Shown here: one piece after another, positions 20,733 to 30,080 of the stretch
Position numbering within the stretch: position 1 is the first letter of the stretch
Layout: each line of letters starts with the position of its first letter
Assembly (NCBI GenBank): GCA_016784445.1
Contig: JADHUR010000001.1
Coordinates: forward strand, 89,128 to 153,127
DNA from: Patescibacteria group bacterium
GTDB taxonomy: Bacteria > Patescibacteriota > Patescibacteriia > UBA1558
Length of the DNA: 64,000 bases
Direction: 5' to 3'
Made by a program: the position numbers and the translations under genes
The notes under the pieces: model-generated
Told to the model about the DNA's origin: nothing
The model's input: only the letters and a program-made list of their open reading frames with translations
Databases searched by the model: none

Positions 20733-21439
20733 GAATTTACACCTTCTGTTTTCTTAATAGTTATTGGATCAAAGAGAGCTCCTTGATCAACTTCAATGTC
20801 TCTTTGTTTAATAAGTTCAAGCATGGCAAGAAAACTCATAATAGTATCTGTTTTACCACCCCTGCTTAATAGTTTTTTAAAATCCATAGATACAGCTTCT
20901 TTAATGGCTGCCTTTATCTCTTTGATCTTTTCTGTAATAGTTATAGTTCTTTCAATAATAGTTTTTGGTATATATATAATTGGTTCTAATCTTCTTAAGG
21001 CATTACTAAATAATTCTTGCATAAGTGGCATTGTTATTTTCTTTGGTGGATAAAAACCTGCTTCTGCTTTTTTAGTAATTTGAGCAATTCTTGAATAAGT
21101 AAAGTTTTCTTTCCTAGCCATTTTATCTATTTTCTTACTTGCATCATGATATTCTTTATATATCTTTAATTGCTGAGCAAGATCTATTTCATCTTCCTCT
21201 TCTTCCCAAATAGCTGATGGTAATATTTCTTTAGACTTTGCATATAATAATTTAGCAGCCACCATTAAAAAATCTGCTATCTCTTCTGGATTAATAGCAG
21301 TAGCTGCATGAATATACTCTACATACTGATCTGTAACTTGAGTTAATGAAACTTCAGTAATAGGTAATTTCTGTCCTTCAATAAGTTGTAGTAGTAAATC
21401 TAAAGGACCTTCAAATTTCTCGAGCTTTATTTGATACAT
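20729..21439 (-). CDS. scpA: Segregation/condensation protein ScpA
   Basis: FEGPLDLLLQLI..FLAMLELIK. Confidence 0.92.
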   Translation of the reverse strand: MYQIKLEKFEGPLDLLLQLIEGQKLPITEVSLTQVTDQYVEYIHAATAINPEEIADFLMVAAKLLYAKSKEILPSAIWEEEEDEIDLAQQLKIYKEYHDASKKIDKMARKENFTYSRIAQITKKAEAGFYPPKKITMPLMQELFSNALRRLEPIIYIPKTIIERTITITEKIKEIKAAIKEAVSMDFKKLLSRGGKTDTIMSFLAMLELIKQRDIEVDQGALFDPITIKKTEGVNS

Positions 21440-21996
21440 TATTTAGTTTTCCTAGGTTTTGCCTTTGACTTTGGCTTTTTCTTAGCACTTTTCTTTTTTG
21501 GTTTTTGCTTCTTTTGTTTTTTAATCTTCTTAGCAATAGTAAATACTCCATCTATATAATCATCTGTAATTTTAGCAAATTCCTTAACCGGCATTTCAAT
21601 ACTTTCAGTAAGTGAACCAGATGAAAAGACAGCCTTTTTTACTTTAAGAAGGTTCTTATCTATTATAGTTTCTACTTTATGCATAAAACCAAAGGCTGTT
21701 AAAGTTCCTGGCTTAATATTTAAAGCAGTCGCTATTTGTTTCTCATTTGGAATGGTTACCTTTTTAACATCAAGTACTTTTGCAAGCTTATCTAAATTAA
21801 GATTCTTATTGGCTGGCACATGAATTAAATAATATGTACCGCCAGCCTTTACCATTAAAGTTTTAACTATTTGTTCTAGCTTTTTTTTAGTTGTTTGAGC
21901 AGCATCATATGCTGTATACACTTTACGATGAGCGATTATCTCATACTTTGCAGATAAATCATCCAATTTTTTAATAAGTTTTTTTGAAATAGCCAT
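21439..21996 (-). CDS. YbaK/prolyl-tRNA editing family protein with Lys-rich tail
   Basis: H..VYTA.DAA..IVKTLMVK..PG.L.AFG. Confidence 0.75.
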   Translation of the reverse strand: MAISKKLIKKLDDLSAKYEIIAHRKVYTAYDAAQTTKKKLEQIVKTLMVKAGGTYYLIHVPANKNLNLDKLAKVLDVKKVTIPNEKQIATALNIKPGTLTAFGFMHKVETIIDKNLLKVKKAVFSSGSLTESIEMPVKEFAKITDDYIDGVFTIAKKIKKQKKQKPKKKSAKKKPKSKAKPRKTK

Positions 21997-22007
21997 ATAT
22001 TTAAATT

Positions 22008-22325
22008 TTATTTTTTAAGCTTTCTTTTCTTAAATGGAAACTCTGCTTGCTCTCCCAGAAGCTTCTTAGCTTCTTTTTTACCAAGTGATGTAAATTTAAC
22101 CTCTTTTATAAACCACTTTAATTTTGTTCTCTCACCGAAACCTACAAGCAAACCTTTATCTATTAATCGCTCTATACTTTGAGTAATGATTTTAGTTTGC
22201 ATTTCCTTAGCGGGAGCATTCTTTTGAGACTCATAAAATTTTACTAATCCACTTCTTCCAATTTTAACTTTCCTTGCATCCCATACTTCTCTTAATATAT
22301 ATTTCTGAAGATTAGAAAGTCTCAT
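22008..22325 (-). CDS. Hypothetical protein, possibly winged-helix-like
   Basis: Basic 105-aa ORF in operon context; SIERLIDKGLL..FTSLGK. Confidence 0.6.
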   Translation of the reverse strand: MRLSNLQKYILREVWDARKVKIGRSGLVKFYESQKNAPAKEMQTKIITQSIERLIDKGLLVGFGERTKLKWFIKEVKFTSLGKKEAKKLLGEQAEFPFKKRKLKK

Positions 22326-22333
22326 ATATTTGT

Positions 22334-23752
22334 CTAGCTCTCTTTAATACTAATACCAAGCTCATCTAACTGTTTCTTATCTACATCAGATGGACTTTCC
22401 ATGAGCGGATCTCTAACATCTCCAGTAAGCGGAAAGGCAATTACTTCTTTTATGCTTTTCTCACCAGCAAGTAATGATACTAATCTATCGAAACCTGGCG
22501 CAATGCCACCATGCGGTGGAACACCATATTTAAAAGCTTCAATTAAGTGAGCAAATTGTTTTTTCTGCTTAGCATCGAAACCAATTAAATCCCAAATCTT
22601 TTCTTGAACTTTAGGATCATGAATTCTTACACTACCACCACCAACTTCCCAACCATTTAGAACTAAGTCATGTTGCAATGATTTAACCTTCCCTGGATCT
22701 TTATCTAACAAATGAATATCTTCTGGCTTTGGAGCTGTAAACATATGATGTGATGGTGCCCATTTATCTCCCGCTCCATGAAAATGATCTTCTTCAGACT
22801 GTTCAGTAAATAATGGGAAATTAATTACAAAAGCAAAAGCAAGTTCATTTGAATCATTCTTATCCTTTCGAAGATCTGGCTTATCTGTACCATATTCTTT
22901 CATTACATCATCGTAATTAAGTCTTGGAAACTTATCGAATGTCATTTTCTTCTCTGGAAAATGTTTTTTAATAAGTTCTGTAAACATCTTCTCGACTAAA
23001 TCAAGAATCTCCTCTTGAGTCATAAAACTCATCTCCATATCTATCTGATAGAATTCTCCTGGTGATCTATCTGCTCTAGCATCTTCATCACGAAAACATG
23101 GAGCTATTTGAAAATATCTATCCATACCAGCTACCATTAACAATTGTTTATACTGTTGCGGAGACTGTGGCAATGCAAAAAACTTTCCATTATGTACACG
23201 TGATGGAACTAAATAGTCTCTAGCACCCTCTGGTGTAGATTTAGTAAGAATAGGAGTTTGAATTTCAATAAAGTCATTATCGTGAAGCCAATTACGAGTA
23301 AAGCTCATAACCTTATCTCTAATCTGCATATTCTTTAGCATTCTTTCATGTCTAAGGTCTAAGTATCTATATTTCAATCTTAATTCTTCACCAGCCTGTC
23401 TTTCTTCATTATCTATTTCAAATGGAGGTGTTTCAGATTCATTCAACACTTCTATTTCTTTAGCAAGTATTTCAATACTACCAGTTGGTACATCTTTATT
23501 GATCTGTTTCTCTCCTCTTTTATTTACAATACCTTTAATACTAACTACATACTCTGGTCTAATTCTCTTCAATTCTTCTTGAGACTTATCATCTAATTCT
23601 GCTGGAACACCAACAACCTGTACAATACCCCAACGATCCCTAATATCTAAAAAAGAAATCTTACCCATATTTCTACGAGCATTTACCCAACCTTTTATTA
23701 ATACTTCTTTGCCCTCCTGCTTTACTGTTTCAACTGTTTTTAATCTCTGCAT
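22334..23752 (-). CDS. aspS: Aspartate-tRNA ligase (short form lacking most of the GAD insertion)
   Basis: LRLKYRYLDLR, STPEGARDYLVPSR, PQSPQQYK, CFRDEDARADR, PPHGGIA. Confidence 0.93.
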   Translation of the reverse strand: MQRLKTVETVKQEGKEVLIKGWVNARRNMGKISFLDIRDRWGIVQVVGVPAELDDKSQEELKRIRPEYVVSIKGIVNKRGEKQINKDVPTGSIEILAKEIEVLNESETPPFEIDNEERQAGEELRLKYRYLDLRHERMLKNMQIRDKVMSFTRNWLHDNDFIEIQTPILTKSTPEGARDYLVPSRVHNGKFFALPQSPQQYKQLLMVAGMDRYFQIAPCFRDEDARADRSPGEFYQIDMEMSFMTQEEILDLVEKMFTELIKKHFPEKKMTFDKFPRLNYDDVMKEYGTDKPDLRKDKNDSNELAFAFVINFPLFTEQSEEDHFHGAGDKWAPSHHMFTAPKPEDIHLLDKDPGKVKSLQHDLVLNGWEVGGGSVRIHDPKVQEKIWDLIGFDAKQKKQFAHLIEAFKYGVPPHGGIAPGFDRLVSLLAGEKSIKEVIAFPLTGDVRDPLMESPSDVDKKQLDELGISIKES

Positions 23753-23811
23753 ATTATTACTTATTTTTATTGAATTTTAGACTATTTCTCTTATTTTTTC
23801 CACAAGTAAAC

Positions 23812-23839
23812 TTGACTTTTATTGTACTTTTAGTATAAT
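23812..23839 (+). promoter_or_regulatory. Sigma70-type promoter facing the NYN gene 3' end
   Basis: TTGACT-16-TATAAT. Confidence 0.5.
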
Positions 23840-23845
23840 ACAATT

Positions 23846-23896
23846 ATTAAGACGAAAGAGGATCCGAACGGCTAAATACCTAAGGAGCCTTTTTTA
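23846..23896 (+). ncRNA. Candidate small structured RNA convergent with the NYN gene
   Basis: GC-rich ~50-nt stretch after the promoter, ending GGCT..AGCC-TTTTTT; pseudoknot-capable. Confidence 0.35.
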
Positions 23897-23897
23897 T

Positions 23898-24404
23898 TTA
23901 TACAATCTTTCTCTTAACATCTTTATTCTCTAAACAGTCGAAATACTCAGATCCTACACTCTTATATAAAGAAGAGGCAAACTCATTATTAGGAAATAGT
24001 ATCTTCTTTAACCTATTCTCATTAATTAAATAATCTACTAACATCTTATAATCTCCGTCACCAGATACAAGAACTATTTTATCAAATGGTTCTTTTTTGT
24101 TAATTTTTTTCATTACATCAAAAATAATATCTGAATCTACATTACCCTTCTTTTTACCAATCATAGCAGAGGTATGTTGTCTAAATCTTAATATAAAACC
24201 AGCTGCCTGAATTTCCTCATATAATTCCTGATATTTTTCATCTACATAACCAAAAAAGTAATATGCTTTTTTTACGTGATGTTTTGCAGATAAATAAATT
24301 CTAAATTTAACCAAATCTACTTTCCATGACTTCTTAGAACTCTTTGTAGTGCCCATGTATAGATTTTGTCCATCTACGAATGCTAAATTATTTTCTTCTT
24401 TCAT
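23898..24404 (-). CDS. NYN domain (LabA/DUF88, PIN-like) ribonuclease
   Basis: FVDGQNL, KGNVDSDI, LVSGDGDY acidic motifs. Confidence 0.88.
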   Translation of the reverse strand: MKEENNLAFVDGQNLYMGTTKSSKKSWKVDLVKFRIYLSAKHHVKKAYYFFGYVDEKYQELYEEIQAAGFILRFRQHTSAMIGKKKGNVDSDIIFDVMKKINKKEPFDKIVLVSGDGDYKMLVDYLINENRLKKILFPNNEFASSLYKSVGSEYFDCLENKDVKRKIV

Positions 24405-24405
24405 G

Positions 24406-25695
24406 CTACGGTTCTAATCTATTAATCATACGTGGGAAAGGAATTGTTTCCCTAACATGTTTTGTGCCACACATCCAACCGACAAGTCTCTCAAGACCAA
24501 TACCGAATCCTGAATGTGGAACACTACCATATTTACGTATATCTAAATACCATTGAAACTCTTTCTCAGGTAATTTATGTTCTCTAATTCTTTTAAGAAG
24601 CTCATCATGATCATCTTCTCTTTGACTACCACCAATAATCTCTCCAAAACCCTCTGGTGCTATCATATCATCACATAAAGCTAATTTTCCATCCTCACTT
24701 CTTTTCATATAGAAAGCTTTAATCTCTGCTGGCCAATGAGTAACAAATACCGGTACATCTAAATCACTTGTCAATAATGTCTCATCATCTCCACCAAGAT
24801 CTTCATCCTTCTTAATATCTGATCCTAAACCATTCAACTTCTTTACCGCTTCAGCATGAGTCATTCTAACAAATGGAGCTTTAATCTTGGAAAGTTTTTC
24901 TATATCCCGTTCCAAAATATTTAACTCGATAGTATTGAGTTCAATAACCTTTTCAACAATGTGAGATATTAATTCTTCTTGAACTTTTAAATTATCTTCA
25001 TGCTCTGCCCAGGCCATCTCAGCATCCATCATCCAAAATTCTGTAAGATGTCTTCTTGTTTTAGACTTCTCTGCTCTAAATACTGGACCAAAGTCGAAAA
25101 CCTTAGAATGTGCAGAAATTGCTGCTTCTAAATATAATTGTCCAGATTGAGATAAATATGCCTTTCTTTCTCCAAAATAGTCCATTTCGAATAGTTCGGT
25201 TGTCCCTTCACATGCATTTGGTGTAAGAATTGGTGAATCTATTTTAATAAATCCATTAATATTCAAATATTCATAAATAGCATTAATAATAGTATTACGT
25301 ATTTTCTGAATTGCCACTTGTCTAGATGACCTTAACCATAAATGTCTATTATCTAAAAGAAAATCTGGACCATGCTCTTTTTTACTAATAGGATACTCAT
25401 CTGCTAATTGAACAAGCTCTAAGCCAGACACCTGCAACTCATACTCCTCTTTCTTAGGGTGTTTACTTATCATTCCTTTAACTATCACTGAGCTTTCCAT
25501 TGTTAGAGTAGATACCATTTCCCAAATGCTCTCATCAATCTCAGATTGAGCTATAATAGCCTGAATTACCCCATAACCGTCTCTAAGCTGTAAAAAAGAT
25601 ATCTTGCCACTACTGCGAAAATTAGCCACCCAGCCTTTAAGGGTGACTTCTTTATCTACGAAATCTTTAGCTATATTTGTTTTGAAATTTTCCAT
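24406..25695 (-). CDS. asnS: Asparagine-tRNA ligase
   Basis: RSSGKI, LSQSGQLYLE, FRAEKSKTRRHLTEFWM, IIGGSQRE; likely start MENFK (ORF track 25734). Confidence 0.95.
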   Translation of the reverse strand: MENFKTNIAKDFVDKEVTLKGWVANFRSSGKISFLQLRDGYGVIQAIIAQSEIDESIWEMVSTLTMESSVIVKGMISKHPKKEEYELQVSGLELVQLADEYPISKKEHGPDFLLDNRHLWLRSSRQVAIQKIRNTIINAIYEYLNINGFIKIDSPILTPNACEGTTELFEMDYFGERKAYLSQSGQLYLEAAISAHSKVFDFGPVFRAEKSKTRRHLTEFWMMDAEMAWAEHEDNLKVQEELISHIVEKVIELNTIELNILERDIEKLSKIKAPFVRMTHAEAVKKLNGLGSDIKKDEDLGGDDETLLTSDLDVPVFVTHWPAEIKAFYMKRSEDGKLALCDDMIAPEGFGEIIGGSQREDDHDELLKRIREHKLPEKEFQWYLDIRKYGSVPHSGFGIGLERLVGWMCGTKHVRETIPFPRMINRLEP

Positions 25696-25819
25696 AAGTA
25701 TAGATATTATAATGTTTTTTATAGATCTGGTCAATATATTTAAAAGGTTGACGAATGCTTCTTACCTTGGTAATATATTTTTATAATTCATGACATAAAA
25801 ACCATAAAGGGGTAATAAA

Positions 25820-25969
25820 ATGAATGCAAAACGAAAATCAGAAAAACCGATACACCACCCTTCGCCAAGAGAGCTGGAACATGAGTTTAATAGACTGGAG
25901 GAACTAGGACCCGGTGAAAAAGCTAAGAAAGAAAAAGAGGAAAGAGACTCAAAACCAAAAAAACAATAA
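25820..25969 (+). CDS. 49-aa charged microprotein; absent from ORF track
   Basis: TTGACG-17-TAATAT promoter, AAGGGG RBS, MNAKRKSEKPIHHPSPRELEHEF..KPKKQ. Confidence 0.5.
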   Translation: MNAKRKSEKPIHHPSPRELEHEFNRLEELGPGEKAKKEKEERDSKPKKQ

Positions 25970-26039
25970 ACTCTCTGCACCTAAAGACAAATAATTCTAA
26001 AAACTTTCAACTCAGCGCTAAACACAAGTTTGGCGCTTT

Positions 26040-26714
26040 TTACTTTTTACTAAGAACCTTAATAATATACTTTTTATACTGTAGCTGCTCTCTTATACTA
26101 TTCTGCATTTCAAGTGAAATAATATCTCCAAAATATTTTTTTGGAATTTCCTTCAAATAATTCAATTGTTTTATATTTCGAACAAAATGTATATCTCTTC
26201 TATATCTGTATGAATAGCCATTCAAGTGATTACACCCCACCTTATATTCCTTCACATTTTTATCTATTTCATCAAATTCTTTTGCTCCCCTATTTTTAGC
26301 CGCCCACATGTGAGAAAAATCTATACATAGTCCAGCGATGGTACTCACACTCACCATCTTAGGTATGTAATTATTATAATTATATTCCAAATAAATATAT
26401 TTCTTATATTCTGGATATTTATTTAAATCATCAAAGGAATGCTCATGAATATTAAAACACCTAGTACCATATTTTTTAAAAAAGAAATCCATTTCCCATT
26501 TCTTAAAATCATCCCTAATGTGTACATGAGGAATATATTTGATATTACTTTTTTCTAAAGCTTTATATAATTTCTTTCTTTCTGTAATTTTTAAAAATGT
26601 GGGAAAAACAGACACCGAAGTAATGCCAAGTCTATCGCATTCCCAAATCTTATTTTGCCATGACTCTTTAGGACCAGTTGTTATGCATGGATATATTTTT
26701 TTTGACCAATTCAT
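26040..26714 (-). CDS. Hypothetical protein, possible metal-binding TIM barrel
   Basis: HVH, NIH, LEY, IDFSH, NHLNG, DIH and LEM residues spaced as in the xylose-isomerase/AP-endonuclease-2 fold. Confidence 0.5.
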   Translation of the reverse strand: MNWSKKIYPCITTGPKESWQNKIWECDRLGITSVSVFPTFLKITERKKLYKALEKSNIKYIPHVHIRDDFKKWEMDFFFKKYGTRCFNIHEHSFDDLNKYPEYKKYIYLEYNYNNYIPKMVSVSTIAGLCIDFSHMWAAKNRGAKEFDEIDKNVKEYKVGCNHLNGYSYRYRRDIHFVRNIKQLNYLKEIPKKYFGDIISLEMQNSIREQLQYKKYIIKVLSKK

Positions 26715-26743
26715 ATATGTATTTTATCATATACGCCCCCTTA

Positions 26744-26772
26744 TTGACATAATGCTAAATACACTATAGAAT
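26744..26772 (+). promoter_or_regulatory. Near-consensus sigma70 promoter
   Basis: TTGACA-17-TAGAAT. Confidence 0.75.
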
Positions 26773-26780
26773 ACTACTGA

Positions 26781-26965
26781 TCTGTTCATTTCGTTGTTAA
26801 ACAACTAAGTTGCTGGGCTTTGTATAACCTATGATAATGGAGTCTCCATTTCTCATTACAATGCTTTTATCCTACTTCAAGCTTAAATAATGAAAAGAAG
26901 GGCACTACATAGTCCCAGCAACGAAGCTTTATCTCCGCTGTCCTGCACTAGTGAAATAACAAAGA
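26781..26965 (+). ncRNA. Candidate 6S RNA (long hairpin with central bubble)
   Basis: Closing stem 26781-26797 with 26947-26965; inner stem GTTGCTGGG..TGTA/TACA..CCCAGCAAC; asymmetric bubble; ~185 nt between promoter and terminator. Confidence 0.55.
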
Positions 26966-26991
26966 ACCCCTGGCGCCAGCTGGGGGTTTTT
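26964..26991 (+). terminator. Intrinsic terminator of the candidate ncRNA
   Basis: AACCCCTGGC..GCTGGGGGTT stem followed by T-run. Confidence 0.75.
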
Positions 26992-27059
26992 CATATATAA
27001 ATAGATAAATAAAAAACAGGGTCGTGCGAACCCTATTTTTTTTATGATATCGTAAGTAT

Positions 27060-27320
27060 TTAACGACGATCAGTCATTGGTCTAGCTTCGTTCACCTTAA
27101 CTGCACGACCATCGATTTCTTTGTCATTCCACATCTCAATAGCAGCTTGTGCTTCTTCTGGTGTGGACATTTCAACGAAACCAAATCCTTTAGAACGACC
27201 TGACATCTTATCTGTGATAACAACAGCTGATTCAACAGAACCTGCTTGTCCAAAGGACTCTTTCAACATATCTTCAGTAGTAGAGTATGAAAGGTTACCA
27301 ACGTATAACTTTTTTTCCAT
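27060..27320 (-). CDS. RRM RNA-binding protein
   Basis: KLYVGNLSY (RNP2), SKGFGFVEM (RNP1), VNEARP. Confidence 0.93.
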   Translation of the reverse strand: MEKKLYVGNLSYSTTEDMLKESFGQAGSVESAVVITDKMSGRSKGFGFVEMSTPEEAQAAIEMWNDKEIDGRAVKVNEARPMTDRR

Positions 27321-27538
27321 TTGTAAATTTTCTTGTTTTAATTAAACTGCAAGACGACCTCCTCTAGATACTACCTTAAATGCATTATTTTCTACCCCGC
27401 ACTGTCCAGGTAATAAAATAACACGAATAATATTGAGTGTTCTTACCCGTGCATTATACACGTTTTGAGTAAAATGTCAAGGTCTAGATCTAAAAAACCC
27501 CTATCAAATAGAGGTTCTTACTTATCTCAAATATATAC

Positions 27539-27940
27539 TTATACTTTATATTGCCTTATAAACTCCTGCTCATCACCGTAATTAACAAAACCTTCATGGT
27601 GTTCTGGTTCTTTAAATCCATTCACTGATCCATGTTTAATTCCACACCAATACTTTTCAGTCTCTCCAGCTATTCTTACCCAATAAGCCATCACTCCATT
27701 TGCATAACCACAATACATGCAAGCAAGTTTCTGCCTTAAATTTAAATAGCTAAGCTTATGTCTGTCTATTACTATATACTCTTCTCTTTTAATATATGGA
27801 TAACCATAAATTGGAAAACTTATTTTATGATAAAGCTCAATAAAAAAATCTAATACTAATATTGGAATAATAGGTAAAAAAATAAACAACTGCACAGGTA
27901 TATGTTTTATATGTCTGTATTTTACTCTTAAAAACTTCAT
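27539..27940 (-). CDS. Hypothetical membrane protein with Cys/His motifs
   Basis: DRHKLSYL..CMYCGYANG..YWCGIKH. Confidence 0.65.
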   Translation of the reverse strand: MKFLRVKYRHIKHIPVQLFIFLPIIPILVLDFFIELYHKISFPIYGYPYIKREEYIVIDRHKLSYLNLRQKLACMYCGYANGVMAYWVRIAGETEKYWCGIKHGSVNGFKEPEHHEGFVNYGDEQEFIRQYKV

Positions 27941-27941
27941 A

Positions 27942-29435
27942 CTAATCTTTTAATTTACTTCTAAATATTTTCTCTAAATCAGTAGGATTTCCCTTGCCCT
28001 TTGTAGCTTTCATACCAAGTCCAATTAAATACTTAATGATAGGATCTTTACCAGCTTTAAATTCTGCTACTTGATCAGAATTACTTTCAATTATTAAATC
28101 AATTATCTTATCTAACTCTTCACCTGCTTCCATTTGTCCTAAATCTTTATCATCCATAACATGCGTAGGGTCTGCCCCTGTTTTAAACATTTCACTAAGT
28201 ATAGTTTGTGCTGCACTACTATTCACCTTATTCATATATATTAAAGTGATAAACTCAGCCATATTCTCTGGATTTATTTTAATATCGTAAATCTTAACTT
28301 TATTCTCTTTCATAAGTCTAAATAGTTCAGTTGTGATCCAGCCAGTTGCAAGCTTTACAATTTTCTTTCTATTCTTTTCCCAAACTTCATCATGCTCACC
28401 TTCAACTTCAGTTTCAAGCCAATTTCTAAGCTCAGATACTACTTTTTCAAAATAATCTGCTATTTCTTTAGACTCAATAATTACTTCAATATCTTTTTTT
28501 GACAAACCATATTCTTCAGCAAAGCGTTGTCTTTTCTGAATTGGTAATTCAACCATATCTGTAAGTACTTGCTTAAGTATACCTGAACTAATCTTAAACA
28601 ATGGTAAATCCGGTTCTGGGAAATATCTATAATCATTAGAACCTTCTTTCATTCTCTGAGAATATGTAATACCCTTAACAGCATCCCAACCTCTAGTTTC
28701 TTCACTGGCTGGTGGCTCACCAGATAACCATAATTGTTTTTGTCTCTCAATCTCAAATATTAAAGCCTTCTCAACATTCTTAAATGAATTAATATTCTTA
28801 ATTTCAGATTTTGGACTTAATTCCTTATCACCAATTGGTCTTAAAGAAATATTAGCATCACATCTTAAATGTCCTTTTTCCATATCTGCGTCAGATATAC
28901 CAAGATAGCGAGCAATAAGTCTTATCTCTTGCATATATGCTTTAGCCTCCTCAGGCGTTCTAATTTCAGGTTCTGAAACTATTTCTACAAGCGGTGTACT
29001 TGAGCGATTATAATCAACAAGTGTTTTATCTTCGAAATGAGTATTCTTAGCCGCATCTTCTTCTAAATGAAGTCTTGTGATGCCAATCTTTCTCTCTCCT
29101 TTTCCAGTATTAATAATAATAGAGCCATTCTCTCCGACCGGCTGATCAAATTGAGATATCTGATAACCCTTAGGAAGGTCTGGATAGAAGTAATTCTTAC
29201 GATCAAACTTAGTTTCTTTTGCAATAGTCATATTGAGCCCAGACGACATTAGTATTGCCCATTCCAATGCTTGTTTATTAAGAACTGGCAATACACCAGG
29301 ATGACCCATACAAACAGGACATATTGTTGTATTAGGCTTCAAATTATCGGCATCATTTGAACAATTACAAAATAGCTTAGTTCTAGTTTTGAGCTGTATA
29401 TGTGTCTCTAGTCCAATTATGACATCAAATTCCAT
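27942..29435 (-). CDS. gatB: Asp/Glu-tRNA amidotransferase subunit B
   Basis: IGLETHIQL, RKNYFYPDLPKGYQISQ, YRYFPEPDLP. Confidence 0.95.
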   Translation of the reverse strand: MEFDVIIGLETHIQLKTRTKLFCNCSNDADNLKPNTTICPVCMGHPGVLPVLNKQALEWAILMSSGLNMTIAKETKFDRKNYFYPDLPKGYQISQFDQPVGENGSIIINTGKGERKIGITRLHLEEDAAKNTHFEDKTLVDYNRSSTPLVEIVSEPEIRTPEEAKAYMQEIRLIARYLGISDADMEKGHLRCDANISLRPIGDKELSPKSEIKNINSFKNVEKALIFEIERQKQLWLSGEPPASEETRGWDAVKGITYSQRMKEGSNDYRYFPEPDLPLFKISSGILKQVLTDMVELPIQKRQRFAEEYGLSKKDIEVIIESKEIADYFEKVVSELRNWLETEVEGEHDEVWEKNRKKIVKLATGWITTELFRLMKENKVKIYDIKINPENMAEFITLIYMNKVNSSAAQTILSEMFKTGADPTHVMDDKDLGQMEAGEELDKIIDLIIESNSDQVAEFKAGKDPIIKYLIGLGMKATKGKGNPTDLEKIFRSKLKD

Positions 29436-29436
29436 A

Positions 29437-30000
29437 TTATATTCTTGTATAATGTTTCTTAATTAATTTTTTCCAATTATCTAAATAATTCTTGTACTTT
29501 ATATTTAATTCTTTAACAGGTGTTACTGTAATATTAAACTTAGACAGAAACTTAGAAAGCTTTTCTCGTATATCTTCTTCTGCTTTCTTAACCAATCGTC
29601 CATCTACTAATTTTTCCATCTCCATTATTAAACCAAAGCCTTTAACATTATCTAAGGAAATAGTAGTCCCTAGCCATCTGAAATGAACTCTCTTCTTTTT
29701 ATACTTACAAGCAATTTTAAATCCGAGAGCTGTAAATATTTGTTCTAATTCATTCATATCCTTAATGTCTGCAATTACCTCCATCTCTGGTCTAACCTCA
29801 TGAAAAACATTACCAACTTTACAAATAAGCTTAACTTGTTCCTCGTTCTTCACTAATCTAAGATCTCCTTCAGGTGTTTCAAAAACAACAGTCTCAGTCT
29901 GTTCCTCTTTTATAAGCTTTGAATTTTTTTTAAGATATTTATATATCTCTTTATAAGCAGCTGGTTTTAATAGGCTACTTACTTCAACTTCATATAACAT
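29437..30000 (-). CDS. CYTH domain protein (class IV adenylate cyclase-like)
   Basis: YEVEV, LRL..K, KKR..ISLDNVKGFG..MEME. Confidence 0.8.
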   Translation of the reverse strand: MLYEVEVSSLLKPAAYKEIYKYLKKNSKLIKEEQTETVVFETPEGDLRLVKNEEQVKLICKVGNVFHEVRPEMEVIADIKDMNELEQIFTALGFKIACKYKKKRVHFRWLGTTISLDNVKGFGLIMEMEKLVDGRLVKKAEEDIREKLSKFLSKFNITVTPVKELNIKYKNYLDNWKKLIKKHYTRI

Positions 30001-30080
30001 ATGCATATTTTAGCACATTTTCGGGATAAAAAAAACCGCTCCAATGAACTAATTGGAGCGATTATATAATGTAATAATTA

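Noticed and set aside
25762-25980. 72-aa minus-strand ORF
   Set aside because: Low-complexity shadow of the plus-strand 49-aa ORF, which has the promoter and RBS.
26831-26890. 19-codon ORF (MIMESPFLITMLLSYFKLK) inside the candidate 6S RNA
   Set aside because: No RBS and it lies inside the predicted hairpin; not formally excluded.
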